Positions 21,421 through 30,767 of a DNA stretch of 64,000 nucleotides are shown here, in pieces (the first letter of the stretch is position 1; each line of letters starts with the position of its first letter). The position numbers and the translations under genes were made by a program. The notes beneath the pieces are model-generated. The model was not told the origin of the DNA and searched no databases. It was given only the letters and a program-made list of their open reading frames with translations. Where the stretch lies: contig JAZDED010000034.1 of NCBI GenBank assembly GCA_043809145.1, positions 6,423-70,422 on the forward strand, read 5' to 3'. Source of the DNA: Candidatus Omnitrophota bacterium (lineage in GTDB: Bacteria; Omnitrophota; Gorgyraeia; Gygaellales; Profunditerraquicolaceae).

Positions 21421-22840
21421 ATGCCGCGCTATGCGCGGTAAAATCGTTCCTACCCAAATACTCTACAATAGCCTGGGCAGACTTTCTTCCCGCGCCCATG
21501 GCTGTAATAACTGTGGCTGAACCAGTAACTATATCTCCGCCGGCAAAAACACCCGGAATGGAAGTCTTGCCCCATTCATCTGCCTCTATCTCACCTTTCT
21601 TCTTAACTTTCAGGCCTGGCGTAGTCCGGGAAATAATCGGATTAGGAGTATTACCGATAGCTACTACTGCCTGGTCAATGTCCATCAGGAATTCAGAACC
21701 CTTTATCGGCACCGGGCTTCTTCTGCCTGATGCATCCGGCTCAGCTAATTCCATCTTTAAGCACTCGACCTGACAAACAAATCCATCCTTGGCGCCGATG
21801 TATCTAATGGGATTGGTAAGTAGATGAAATTCTATACCCTCTTCCCGAGCCCTCTGAATCTCTTCTCCCCGTGCCGGCATCTCCTTCTCCGAACGCCGGT
21901 AAATAAGATAGACTTGCTCCGCGCCCAAACGCTTGGCAGTCCGAGCTGAATCCATGGCTACATTGCCTCCGCCAACTACCGCGACATTCTTGCCTTTTTT
22001 CACAGGAGTATCTACTTCCGGAAATTTATAAGCTTTCATAAGGTTAACCCGGGTCAAAAATTCATTGGCCGAATATATCCCGTTTAAGTTCTCTCCGGCA
22101 ATACCCATAAAATTTGGCAGGCCGGCTCCTGCGCCAATAAATATAGCCTGGTATCCTTCTTTAAACAACTCTTCTATTGTCAGGGCCCTGCCGATTAGGG
22201 CATTGGTACAGAAATTTACTCCCAGGTCTTTTAAATGGTCGATTTCACTGGCGACAATAGCTTTAGGCAGCCGAAACTCAGGTATACCATAGACCAATAC
22301 GCCTCCCAAGCGATGATAACCTTCAAATACCGTAACCGCATAATGCTTCTTCGTCAATTCCGCAGCGCAGGTCAGGCCTGCCGGGCCAGAACCAACAACA
22401 GCAATCCTTATGTTATTAGACTTTTCTTGAACAGGTACATTTCTCTTTAGTTTTTTTCTGTTATCCAAATCCCAATCCGCCAGAAACCTTTCTAATCTAC
22501 CGATGGATATAGGCTCTCCCATCTTTTTTACCACACAACAAACCTGGCACTGCTCTTCCTGAGGGCATACCCTTCCTGTCATGGCCGGAAGAGAATCGGA
22601 TTCATGTATAATGTCTATGGCCTTTTGAAAATCCCTTTCTTTAAGCGCCTTGATAAAAGCCGGTATATCAATTCTTACCGGGCAGCCTTCCACGCAGGGT
22701 TTTTTCGCGCACTGAAGGCAACGAGAAGCCTCCTGAATTGCCTCTTCGGCATTATAACCTAAAGGAACCTCGTTAAAATTCCTTATCCTAATTTCAGCTG
22801 GCTGCTGCCTCATAGGCACAGTAATTTTTTGTATTCCCAT
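21419..22840 (-). CDS. NfnB/SudA-like (GltD-like) NADPH-dependent oxidoreductase
   Basis: CLQC..PCVEGCP, GRVCPQE, GSGPAG, GGGNVAMD, GGDIVTG. Confidence 0.92.
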   Translation of the reverse strand: MGIQKITVPMRQQPAEIRIRNFNEVPLGYNAEEAIQEASRCLQCAKKPCVEGCPVRIDIPAFIKALKERDFQKAIDIIHESDSLPAMTGRVCPQEEQCQVCCVVKKMGEPISIGRLERFLADWDLDNRKKLKRNVPVQEKSNNIRIAVVGSGPAGLTCAAELTKKHYAVTVFEGYHRLGGVLVYGIPEFRLPKAIVASEIDHLKDLGVNFCTNALIGRALTIEELFKEGYQAIFIGAGAGLPNFMGIAGENLNGIYSANEFLTRVNLMKAYKFPEVDTPVKKGKNVAVVGGGNVAMDSARTAKRLGAEQVYLIYRRSEKEMPARGEEIQRAREEGIEFHLLTNPIRYIGAKDGFVCQVECLKMELAEPDASGRRSPVPIKGSEFLMDIDQAVVAIGNTPNPIISRTTPGLKVKKKGEIEADEWGKTSIPGVFAGGDIVTGSATVITAMGAGRKSAQAIVEYLGRNDFTAHSAA

Positions 22841-22844
22841 TTTT

Positions 22845-23654
22845 TTATTCCTTACAAGAACATTCCTCTTTTTTGTAGGTATCTAATCTCTGCATCAAAA
22901 CTGCAAAATCCACCTGGTGCGAGTCAAAATCCGGCCCATCCATACAAGTAAACCTGGTCTTTTCTCCCACGCTTACTCTGCAGGCACCGCACATACCCAT
23001 TCCGCAGACCATCAGGGAATTCAAGCTGACAATGGTCGGAATATTATTAGCGCGGGTCATCTCGCTGACTGCCTTCATCATTACTGCCGGGCCAATTGCA
23101 TAGACCCTGTCTATCTTTTGGCCATTATTAATCAATGAATTCAGGACATCAGTAACAAATCCTTTCTCGCCGTATGTGCCGTCATTAGTAGCCACTAAGA
23201 GTTCATCGGATACCGCGCGCATTTTATCCTCCCAAAAAACATATTCCTTGCTGCGATAACCGATAATCGAAGTTACTTTATTCCTCTTTTCTTTTAAACT
23301 TCTTGCCAATGGATAAACAGGAGCAATGCCTATCCCGCCGCCGATAACTACCACATTCCCAAAGTCCTCAATCTCCGTAGGGTTACCCTGCGGCCCCAAT
23401 AAATCCAATAGATGATCTCCTTTCTTCATCTTGGAAAATAAACAAGTCGTCTTGCCTAAGGCCTGAAAAACCAAAGCAATAGTCCCTTTTTGGCGGTCAT
23501 AGTCAGCGATTGTTAAAGGAATACGCTCTCCTTCTTCGCGCACCCTGACTACTACAAATTGTCCGGCCAGGGCCTTTTTGGCAATCAAAGGAGCATCTAA
23601 TAAACAATAGTGTATCTGCGGAGCTAATTCTGATTTTTCTAATATTTTAAACAT
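22845..23654 (-). CDS. NfnA/SudB-like ferredoxin-NADP reductase subunit (FAD, 2Fe-2S)
   Basis: GERIPLTI, GGGIGIAP, MVCGMGMCGACRV, CMDGP. Confidence 0.92.
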   Translation of the reverse strand: MFKILEKSELAPQIHYCLLDAPLIAKKALAGQFVVVRVREEGERIPLTIADYDRQKGTIALVFQALGKTTCLFSKMKKGDHLLDLLGPQGNPTEIEDFGNVVVIGGGIGIAPVYPLARSLKEKRNKVTSIIGYRSKEYVFWEDKMRAVSDELLVATNDGTYGEKGFVTDVLNSLINNGQKIDRVYAIGPAVMMKAVSEMTRANNIPTIVSLNSLMVCGMGMCGACRVSVGEKTRFTCMDGPDFDSHQVDFAVLMQRLDTYKKEECSCKE

Positions 23655-23731
23655 AATCTATTTACCCTACACTCGACGTTTATAAGTACCCGTCGCTAAG
23701 TGGTATTGCGTCGGTTTCGTGTCCGTACACG

Positions 23732-23772
23732 AAAAAAAAACGTCCCTTATTAAGTTTCCGGACGCCTTCGTC
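23732..23772 (-). promoter_or_regulatory. ANTAR-like P2 hairpin + terminator, nfnAB leader
   Basis: GAC-GAAGGC-GTC overlapping ggcgtcc-ggaaacttaataag-ggacgttttttttt; no clear P1. Confidence 0.55.
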
Positions 23773-23827
23773 AATTGAAACCTTCATTTTTTGCTTACTC
23801 CAATTTCCTTATTATATTAATATAGGA

Positions 23828-24577
23828 TTATTTTTTGTCAAGATTATTTTGCCTAATATTTAGGCGACAGAAAAAAGGCTTCTTTATTGTATAGAAAAAG
23901 AGGCTAATAAAATGCCGCAGGTATTGAATGAATATTTTTAGCGAAAGCTTGCTTTTGCCTCTTACGCGATCTATAAAGATATAGGGTATTTCGATAAACT
24001 TTCGGTAGCGCGCCTTGGCAAAGATCTCCAGCCCGATTTTGAAACCATAAGGAAAAATTTCTATGCCCTCCAAGGCGCTCTTCTTAACACAAAAAAAACC
24101 AGAGGTATTATCCCTGACCCTGGTCAGCAAACTACCCGCTAAACAACCCGCAATGGAGGTAATCCGGCGAGAAAATGGTAATCTTTCTATACCGCCGCCT
24201 TTTATATAACGGCTGGCAACTACCAAATCATATCCGGCTTGGAGAGCAAAAATAAATTCCGCAATAAGTTCAGGCGAATGGCTGGCATCGGCATCCATTA
24301 TTATCAGATACTCGCCGTTTGATATGGCTATACCGTCAATTATGGAAAGTGATAACCCCCTCTCCTTTGCGCTGCGGACTATAACCTTTCCTTTATCAAC
24401 CAATACCGATTGAGCCGCTGAAGCTGTTCCGTCCCGGGATGAATCGTCTATAACCAATATCTCATAGGAAACATTCAGGCTGTCCAGGACTTTAATGCTG
24501 CGCTGTAAAATTTCCTTTATGTTATCAACTTCATTATAGGTCGGAATAAGAAGAGAGATGAATTTAGTCTGCAACAT
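23828..24577 (-). CDS. Polyprenol-phosphate mannosyltransferase-like GT2
   Basis: IPTYNE, DDSSRDGT, MDADASH, ASRY, RGKSKL. Confidence 0.9.
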   Translation of the reverse strand: MLQTKFISLLIPTYNEVDNIKEILQRSIKVLDSLNVSYEILVIDDSSRDGTASAAQSVLVDKGKVIVRSAKERGLSLSIIDGIAISNGEYLIIMDADASHSPELIAEFIFALQAGYDLVVASRYIKGGGIERLPFSRRITSIAGCLAGSLLTRVRDNTSGFFCVKKSALEGIEIFPYGFKIGLEIFAKARYRKFIEIPYIFIDRVRGKSKLSLKIFIQYLRHFISLFFYTIKKPFFCRLNIRQNNLDKK

Positions 24578-24588
24578 GCTTTAAATAA

Positions 24589-25272
24589 TTATTTGGAAAT
24601 TACCGGGGCTTTCTCGGTAGGTTGGTTCTTTCGTTCTTCTAATTGTTGCCTTAATTCCTGTATCTGCATGCTCTCTTGTTTTTGCAGCTCTCTGAATTCT
24701 ACCAACTTCTTCTCAAATTCTAAAAACCTTTGCGCGTCATCCTGTTGCTTTAAACTCAAAGATTCCTGGGCTTGGGTGAGCGACTCTTCCAGATTCTTGC
24801 GGTAATCCTGAATTTTATTTTTATTTTCCACGATCCTGGCCTCCAGGATAGAAATCTTTTCTAAAAGCTGCTTCTGCAGGAAACCGGTTTCGGCTAAAAC
24901 TTGAATATATTCCTGTAACATCTTTTCATATTCCGAATCTTTCAAAGCCAGGTTATCAAGGCTCAAGGATAAAAACTGCTCAACCCGGTTCAAATTTTGC
25001 GTATCCTGCCTGCGGTAATCATCCAGCTCATCAGAGAAGTAGTCCGAAAGCTCGCGTAACTGTTCCTGCTGGAATATGAAGTTCTTGGTTTTTTCGCTGG
25101 ACTCGATTTCTCGACTAATGGAGAAACGAGTATTCCAAAGCTTCTCTACCTGTTCCATAACGCTCTCCTCGGTGTCTTTACGCAAGACATCATAATGCTT
25201 ATTCTGGTAGGTAATTAGCCCTATCCCCAGAAGTAAAAACAAAAATAAGCTTAATAACCATGGATTCTTCAT
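24589..25272 (-). CDS. Membrane-anchored coiled-coil hypothetical protein
   Basis: N-terminal TM helix and Q/E/K-rich heptads. Confidence 0.7.
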   Translation of the reverse strand: MKNPWLLSLFLFLLLGIGLITYQNKHYDVLRKDTEESVMEQVEKLWNTRFSISREIESSEKTKNFIFQQEQLRELSDYFSDELDDYRRQDTQNLNRVEQFLSLSLDNLALKDSEYEKMLQEYIQVLAETGFLQKQLLEKISILEARIVENKNKIQDYRKNLEESLTQAQESLSLKQQDDAQRFLEFEKKLVEFRELQKQESMQIQELRQQLEERKNQPTEKAPVISK

Positions 25273-25354
25273 ATTGATATATTTTACTCCAAGAAAAAAG
25301 ATTGAGCAATAAGTTTAAGGTTTTCAAAAAAGAAGAACCGATCTTTAAAGCGGG

Positions 25355-25927
25355 TTATTCAAAAAGGGAGAGGAGGCTGAACTTTCCATCCAGTTTAAGC
25401 TGAAAACCCGAAAGATCCGGATAATTCATGGTTAGTTGCGCCGGTTCGGTTACAAAAAATATTGGAGGAGTGCCGTCTTTTTTCTCGGTTATCTCGCAGT
25501 GCGGAACATCTTTTAGCATAGTGAATATCGAAGTATAAGGATCATTATATTTTAATCGCACCGCTACAAAATCTTCCGAGCCCAACTGTTTATTCCGCGC
25601 CTTTTCTTCCAATTCCCTGTGTTTATGCTGGCTTATGATTATATACAACGGGGCAAAACAAGAGCGCGTGGAATCCATAATTATGAATTCTTCATTATCC
25701 GGATGCGAATTCAGGCTAATCTGGGTAGAGTCATGGCTTAAACCCACGCAGATAAGCTTATGAGCGCCATACTCAGGACTAGATGAATAAATCAAATCCA
25801 CCATGCCTTGAGTCTTATGATTTTCCAGGATTTTTTTGGTGGGCTTAAGCCTTTGAATCAGACCCTTGGCCTCCAATTGCGCAAATAACTCTTCGCTGGC
25901 ATTAACCGGTTTTAATTTTATTTCCAT
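25355..25927 (-). CDS. Hypothetical protein, possibly cupin-like
   Basis: 190-aa ORF with AAGGA RBS; HPDNEEF and PHCE could be metal ligands. Confidence 0.6.
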   Translation of the reverse strand: MEIKLKPVNASEELFAQLEAKGLIQRLKPTKKILENHKTQGMVDLIYSSSPEYGAHKLICVGLSHDSTQISLNSHPDNEEFIIMDSTRSCFAPLYIIISQHKHRELEEKARNKQLGSEDFVAVRLKYNDPYTSIFTMLKDVPHCEITEKKDGTPPIFFVTEPAQLTMNYPDLSGFQLKLDGKFSLLSLFE

Positions 25928-25940
25928 ATATTCCTTTTTA

Positions 25941-25996
25941 AGGGACTGTTCTTAAATCAAAGCGGAGCAGTCCCCGATTGAGTTGAGAACCGTCAC
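25941..25996. repeat. Family B short repeat cluster
   Basis: agggactgttct, cagtcccc, agaaccgtcac. Confidence 0.6.
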
Positions 25997-26009
25997 TTAT
26001 TTTAACGAA

Positions 26010-26507
26010 TTATTTTATTTTAGCAAGAGATTTTATTGCAGAGACTACCCTCTGAACAGCATCTTCTACCTGCGGACTAACCTCCTCCCCAAACTTGAGG
26101 TCCTTGGGTTGAATGCCCAGAATAATTATTTTACACTTCAAAGAACTAACAAGATAATCCGCCATTACTTTAGGCGGTAGAGAATGCGTGGAAAAAGTGA
26201 TCCCGCCGGTATTGTCAGGATCCACCAATATAATACTCCCGGGTTTCTTATGGGCCTCCACCGAATCCACAATTACCAGGTGTGTAGGTTTAAATTTTTT
26301 TATTTGCCCGGTCAGATTTTCCGGGGCAGTCTCTCCAAAAAAAATCTTGAATACCGGCTCTGTGTCAAGTTCCTCTAGCTTTGTTAGTTTTTCAACTACC
26401 AGCATACCGGCAGCATCATCCCTGCGCAGCCGCGACCCCACTCCTAGTATACCGATGCGCTTGGAGCCTTCTAATTTATTTTCCAGATCCTGAATGAGTG
26501 TTTTCAT
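26010..26507 (-). CDS. hycI: Hydrogenase maturation protease (HycI type)
   Basis: GVGSRLRRDDAAG, GETAPEN, IVDS, STHSLP. Confidence 0.9.
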   Translation of the reverse strand: MKTLIQDLENKLEGSKRIGILGVGSRLRRDDAAGMLVVEKLTKLEELDTEPVFKIFFGETAPENLTGQIKKFKPTHLVIVDSVEAHKKPGSIILVDPDNTGGITFSTHSLPPKVMADYLVSSLKCKIIILGIQPKDLKFGEEVSPQVEDAVQRVVSAIKSLAKIK

Positions 26508-26670
26508 CAAAAGTTACCTTTAATTTACCTAAATCAATCTCGGCAATAAATCTCTTTTCTCCCGCCGATTTAATAACAATAGCATGGGAGGGACATCGCG
26601 CATGCACAAGCTGCAACCAATACACTTATAGGATGACAAAACCTCTTTAAGCATTTTTCCAGGCCTCTTT
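26505..26670 (-). pseudogene. Remnant of a NuoI/EchF-like 4Fe-4S hydrogenase subunit
   Basis: Manual translation KRPGKMLKEVLSS|YKCIGCSLCMR(frameshift)CPSHAIVIKSAGEKRFIAEIDLGK|LKVTF; second Cys cluster absent. Confidence 0.7.
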
Positions 26671-26803
26671 GTATGTTCCTTACGGATACATCACCACGAC
26701 TCGTCTTTGCCCGGTAGCTCGCCCCCGCCAAATAAAAAAGTTTAGCTGCAGGATATCTTTCTATAATTATCTTAATTTAATTATAAACTATGCGGGACTA
26801 CTG

Positions 26804-27526
26804 TTAAGTTCTGCTTTTAATATCCCTGGTCAAAATGATCGCCTCGGCAATCTCGCGCATAGACTTACGCGTGTCCATACTCTTTTTTTGAAGCAGTCGG
26901 TAGGCTTCAGAAGGAAGTATCTTGGCCTCCTGGGAAAGTATATCTTTAGCCCGCTCCACCAGTTTGCGGGTTAAAAGGGCTTCTTCAGCGCTGCGCGCGC
27001 GCAAGTCAAGCTCTGCATTTTCAATAGCTACTGCTGCCTGGTTGGCTACTACGCTTAACAAACCTAGTTCCGTATCGGTAAATTTATGTTTCTTAGAGGT
27101 GTAACAGTTGAGTACCCCGATTACCCTTCCCTTTACCGCCAGAGGGACACTGGCTAAAGAAACCAGCCCTTCTTTTTTAGCGATATCCCGGTTTAAATAA
27201 CGCTCATCTTCTCGAATATCCAAAATGCATTGGGGCTTATTTTCCTTAGCCACTATACCGGCTATTCCATTCCCCAATTTTATATTGGGTTTCTTGTTAT
27301 AGGCCTCGGATATAGACTGTGTAGCCTTAACTACCAGTTCTTTCTTTTCCGGATCCAAAAGCATCAAAGAACAGACCTTGGAATTCATTACCTCCGCGGT
27401 AATCTTAACTACCAGCTTTAGTAATTCATCCAGGTATAAGCCTGAAGTAATCAGGCTGGCTACCTTGGATATCCCCTCTATCTGTTTTAAATAAACTTCA
27501 TAACCCTGTTTCTTTACCTTGGGCAT
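26804..27526 (-). CDS. GAF-ANTAR RNA-binding antiterminator
   Basis: GAF domain (GNGIAG, SLASVPL, IGVLN) followed by ANTAR RKLVERAKDIL...EAYRLLQKKSMDTRKSMREIAEAII. Confidence 0.92.
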   Translation of the reverse strand: MPKVKKQGYEVYLKQIEGISKVASLITSGLYLDELLKLVVKITAEVMNSKVCSLMLLDPEKKELVVKATQSISEAYNKKPNIKLGNGIAGIVAKENKPQCILDIREDERYLNRDIAKKEGLVSLASVPLAVKGRVIGVLNCYTSKKHKFTDTELGLLSVVANQAAVAIENAELDLRARSAEEALLTRKLVERAKDILSQEAKILPSEAYRLLQKKSMDTRKSMREIAEAIILTRDIKSRT

Positions 27527-27557
27527 TCTTTAAACTCTTCGCTTTTAACTTCTCGCC

Positions 27558-28916
27558 TTATAATATCGGCAGATACTTTTTTATCTCGTATTGGGTAACC
27601 TGGGCTTTGTATTCATCCCACTCCATCTTTTTATTGCGGATAAAGTACTCGAATAATTTCTCCCCCAGCGCCTCGCGCACTAATTTGCTATTTTCGGCGA
27701 TTTTTATAGCTTCTAACAGATCATCCGGCAAAGAGCTTATCCCGGCCAGCTCCCTCTCTCTTGCGGTCATATCATAAATATTATCATTTGCCGGGCCTGC
27801 CAATTTATAATTCTTTCTCATCCCTTCCAGCCCCGATGCCAGCATCACTGAAAAAGTCAGGTATGGATTGCAGGCCGGGTCTGGCGAACGATACTCAATC
27901 CTGGTTGCCTTTTCTTTGCCAGGCTTATACATAGGCACCCGGATTAATGCCGAACGATTCATCTGCGCCCAACAGATATAAACAGGTGCTTCATAACCCG
28001 GAATCAGGCGCTTGTAAGAATTCACCCACTGGCTGGTCACTGCGGTTATCTCTGAAGCATGTTTTAATAACCCCGCAATATAGGACTTGCCCACACTGGA
28101 AAGATGGTATTTATCATTCTTGTCAAAAAAAGCGTTCTTCTCTCCTTTTCCGCCGGAGGCGGATCCGCCTTTGGCGGAAAATAACGACTGATGCACGTGC
28201 ATACCTGAACCATTAATGCCAAACAAGGGCTTAGGCATAAAGGTAGCATAGACACCATTCTGACGAGCGACCTCTTTAACTACAAATCGATAAGTCATCA
28301 CATTATCCGCCATTTTTAAGGCATCATCATAACGTAAGTCAATCTCGTGCTGGCTGGAGGCAACCTCATGGTGGCTGTATTCAACAGTTATACCTAAAGA
28401 TTCCAGGGCCATAATCGTATTACTTCTTAAATCCTGGGCCACATCCAAAGGAGCTAAATCAAAATACCCTCCCTGGTCAAGCGGCTGTGGAATGTTGGAG
28501 TCTTTGAAATAAAAATACTCCAGCTCCGGGCCAACATAATAGGTATAGCCCAGTTCCTTGGCCTTAGCGATATTCCTCTTTAGAATAAACCTGGGGTCTC
28601 CTTCAAAAGGCTTGCCGCTTGGTTCATAAATATCACAGAACATCCTGGCTACGCTATAATTTTCTCCGGAACGCCAGGGAATAATTGCAAAAGTAGTTGG
28701 GTCAGGCCGGGCAATCATATCCGATTCTTCGATACGCGCAAAACCCTCAATGGAAGAACCGTCAAAACCCATCCCCTCTTCTAAAGCGCCCTCTAATTCA
28801 TTGATGGTAATAGCAAAGCCTTTGATAAAACCCAGAACATCGGTAAACCATAAACGGACAAATTTTACCTTGTGCTCTTTGGCTAACTTTAAAATCTCCT
28901 GTTTGGTCCTAGGCAT
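27558..28916 (-). CDS. glnA: Glutamine synthetase type I, with a 10-aa insertion
   Basis: FDGSSIEG, HHEVA, TFMPKP, NGSGMH, RIEYRSPD. Confidence 0.97.
   Translation of the reverse strand: MPRTKQEILKLAKEHKVKFVRLWFTDVLGFIKGFAITINELEGALEEGMGFDGSSIEGFARIEESDMIARPDPTTFAIIPWRSGENYSVARMFCDIYEPSGKPFEGDPRFILKRNIAKAKELGYTYYVGPELEYFYFKDSNIPQPLDQGGYFDLAPLDVAQDLRSNTIMALESLGITVEYSHHEVASSQHEIDLRYDDALKMADNVMTYRFVVKEVARQNGVYATFMPKPLFGINGSGMHVHQSLFSAKGGSASGGKGEKNAFFDKNDKYHLSSVGKSYIAGLLKHASEITAVTSQWVNSYKRLIPGYEAPVYICWAQMNRSALIRVPMYKPGKEKATRIEYRSPDPACNPYLTFSVMLASGLEGMRKNYKLAGPANDNIYDMTARERELAGISSLPDDLLEAIKIAENSKLVREALGEKLFEYFIRNKKMEWDEYKAQVTQYEIKKYLPIL
28149..28178. repeat. 30-bp double palindrome inserted in frame in glnA
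   Basis: TCCGCCGGAGGCGGA-TCCGCCTTTGGCGGA; encodes SAKGGSASGG on the minus strand. Confidence 0.85.
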
Positions 28917-28917
28917 T

Positions 28918-30072
28918 TTACCTCCTCTTTAGAAATATTTTTATTCTATACAAAGCCTCTTTGATATTATCCATGCTCGAAGCGTAAGATATACGCACGT
29001 AATCTGTAAACTGGTCTCCAAAAGCTGTGCCCGGAACAAGGGCAACCTTCTCTTCTTTTAAAAGCCTTTGGGCAAAATCCAAACAATTCCTGCTGTATTT
29101 TTTTATTGAAGGGAAGGCATAGAATGCTCCATTAGGTTTATGGCATTTTAAACCCAAGGCATTCAAACCATCAACCACTATTTCCCTGCGCCGCATATAT
29201 TCCCGCTTCATCTCTTCCACAGCAACCTTGCCTGAATGCAGGGCCTCGCAAGCAGCCATTTGAGACGTAATAGACACGCACATAATCGTATATTGGTGAA
29301 TCTTAGTCATAGCAGCAATAACTTCCTTTGGGCCGCAGGCATAACCCACGCGCCAGCCGGTCATAGCATAACCTTTGGAAAAACCATTTAAATAAATCGT
29401 CCTCTCCTTCATTCCGGATAGAGTCGGCAACGGCGTATGCTCAAAATCATAACTTAAATCACTGTAAATCTCATCAGTGATACATAAAAGTTTATGCCTT
29501 AATATCACATCCTTAAGAGCATTTAATTCTTTTTTAGTATAAGAGACCCCTGTCGGATTGGATGGATAATTAAGGAATACAGCCTTAGTCTTGGCATCAA
29601 TATGCTTCTTCAACATGCCGGCAGTCAACTTAAAATTATTCTTACTGGTATCAATAAATACCGGCACACCTCCTGCTAATTCCGTTAAAGGCCCGTAGGA
29701 AACATAGCTGGGACTGGGAATAATCACCTTATCAAGCGGATTAAGTATAGCCCGTAAGACCAGGTCCTTAGCTTCGCTGACTCCGACAGTAATTAAAATC
29801 TCTTCATCCGGACAATATTCCATACAGAAGGTATTCTTTAGGTAACGGCTAATGCTTAACCTTAATTTATAAAGCCCCTTATTAGAGGTATAAGAAGTAA
29901 AGCCCTGTTCCAAGCTGGATATCCCGGCTTCTCTGATCGGCCAGGGAGTGACAAAATCCGGCTCACCCACGCCCAAAGAAACAATATCCTTCATCCCCAA
30001 CACCAGGTCAAAAAAGGCGCGGATCCCTGAAGGCTTCATATTCTCAACTATTCTGGAAATCTCTCTTTTCAT
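28918..30072 (-). CDS. Class I/II PLP aminotransferase
   Basis: GVGEPDF, NYPSNPTG, DEIY, GFSKGYAMTGWRVG. Confidence 0.95.
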   Translation of the reverse strand: MKREISRIVENMKPSGIRAFFDLVLGMKDIVSLGVGEPDFVTPWPIREAGISSLEQGFTSYTSNKGLYKLRLSISRYLKNTFCMEYCPDEEILITVGVSEAKDLVLRAILNPLDKVIIPSPSYVSYGPLTELAGGVPVFIDTSKNNFKLTAGMLKKHIDAKTKAVFLNYPSNPTGVSYTKKELNALKDVILRHKLLCITDEIYSDLSYDFEHTPLPTLSGMKERTIYLNGFSKGYAMTGWRVGYACGPKEVIAAMTKIHQYTIMCVSITSQMAACEALHSGKVAVEEMKREYMRRREIVVDGLNALGLKCHKPNGAFYAFPSIKKYSRNCLDFAQRLLKEEKVALVPGTAFGDQFTDYVRISYASSMDNIKEALYRIKIFLKRR

Positions 30073-30115
30073 CCTTAAATCCCTATATTCTATCTACTAC
30101 ATACTACCTGCTGTT

Positions 30116-30601
30116 TTAATATGATATTGCAATCCTCTTATTCTCTTCTCTATGTTTTAAGATTACTCCGTCTTCTTTGTACTTCTTAAGTAAAAAGTGC
30201 GTCACTGTACCCCGGATATTCTCTAAGCACGAGAGCTTTTCTGCTACAAAATTCGAAACAGTATGGATATTCTTACCCTCTACCACTACCAATAAATCAT
30301 AGGTCCCGGAGATAAGATAACAACTGGTAACCTCAGGAAATGAATAGATACGCTCGGCTATCTTATCAAATCCCACATCCTTTTGGGGAACAATATTTAC
30401 TTCAATCAATGCCCTAGCTTCAGAATTATTGTCCCGGATTAAATCACGATTGATTACTGCCTTATATTTGACAATCACGCCTTCCTTTTCATACTTTTGT
30501 ATTGCTTTTTTGACTGCCTCCGGCTTCTTGCGTTTCATCTTAGCTATCTCTTGAGGCGTGGTCCGCGCATCCTTCTCTAAAATCTCTAATATCTCATCCA
30601 T
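30116..30601 (-). CDS. Lrp/AsnC family regulator
   Basis: N-terminal HTH, ISGTYDL, THFLLKKYK; coupled to the aminotransferase. Confidence 0.92.
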   Translation of the reverse strand: MDEILEILEKDARTTPQEIAKMKRKKPEAVKKAIQKYEKEGVIVKYKAVINRDLIRDNNSEARALIEVNIVPQKDVGFDKIAERIYSFPEVTSCYLISGTYDLLVVVEGKNIHTVSNFVAEKLSCLENIRGTVTHFLLKKYKEDGVILKHREENKRIAISY

Positions 30602-30621
30602 TTTCTACCCTCCTAAATTGG

Positions 30622-30754
30622 TCCGCCGCAAGGCGGAACAATTTACTCCGAGAGCTATAGCACGATACTAGGCTATCGGAGTTAAATTATCTTTATTTTC
30701 TTGCTCGCTAATTTACTCCGAGAGCTTTTAATACAATACTAGGCTATCGGAGTT
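30622..30754. repeat. tccgcc-N4-ggcgga hairpin plus two family A palindromes
   Basis: tccgccgcaaggcgga at 30622-30637; aatttactccgagagc...gctatcggagtt at 30640-30683 and 30710-30754. Confidence 0.85.
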
Positions 30755-30767
30755 AGAACACCTACCG

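Noticed and set aside
21419-22840. Canonical GltBD glutamate synthase
   Set aside because: No gltB large subunit; pairing with a 2Fe-2S/FAD subunit fits NfnAB/SudAB better.
30640-30754. CRISPR array
   Set aside because: Only two adjacent copies with variable interiors, no repeat-spacer series and no cas genes.
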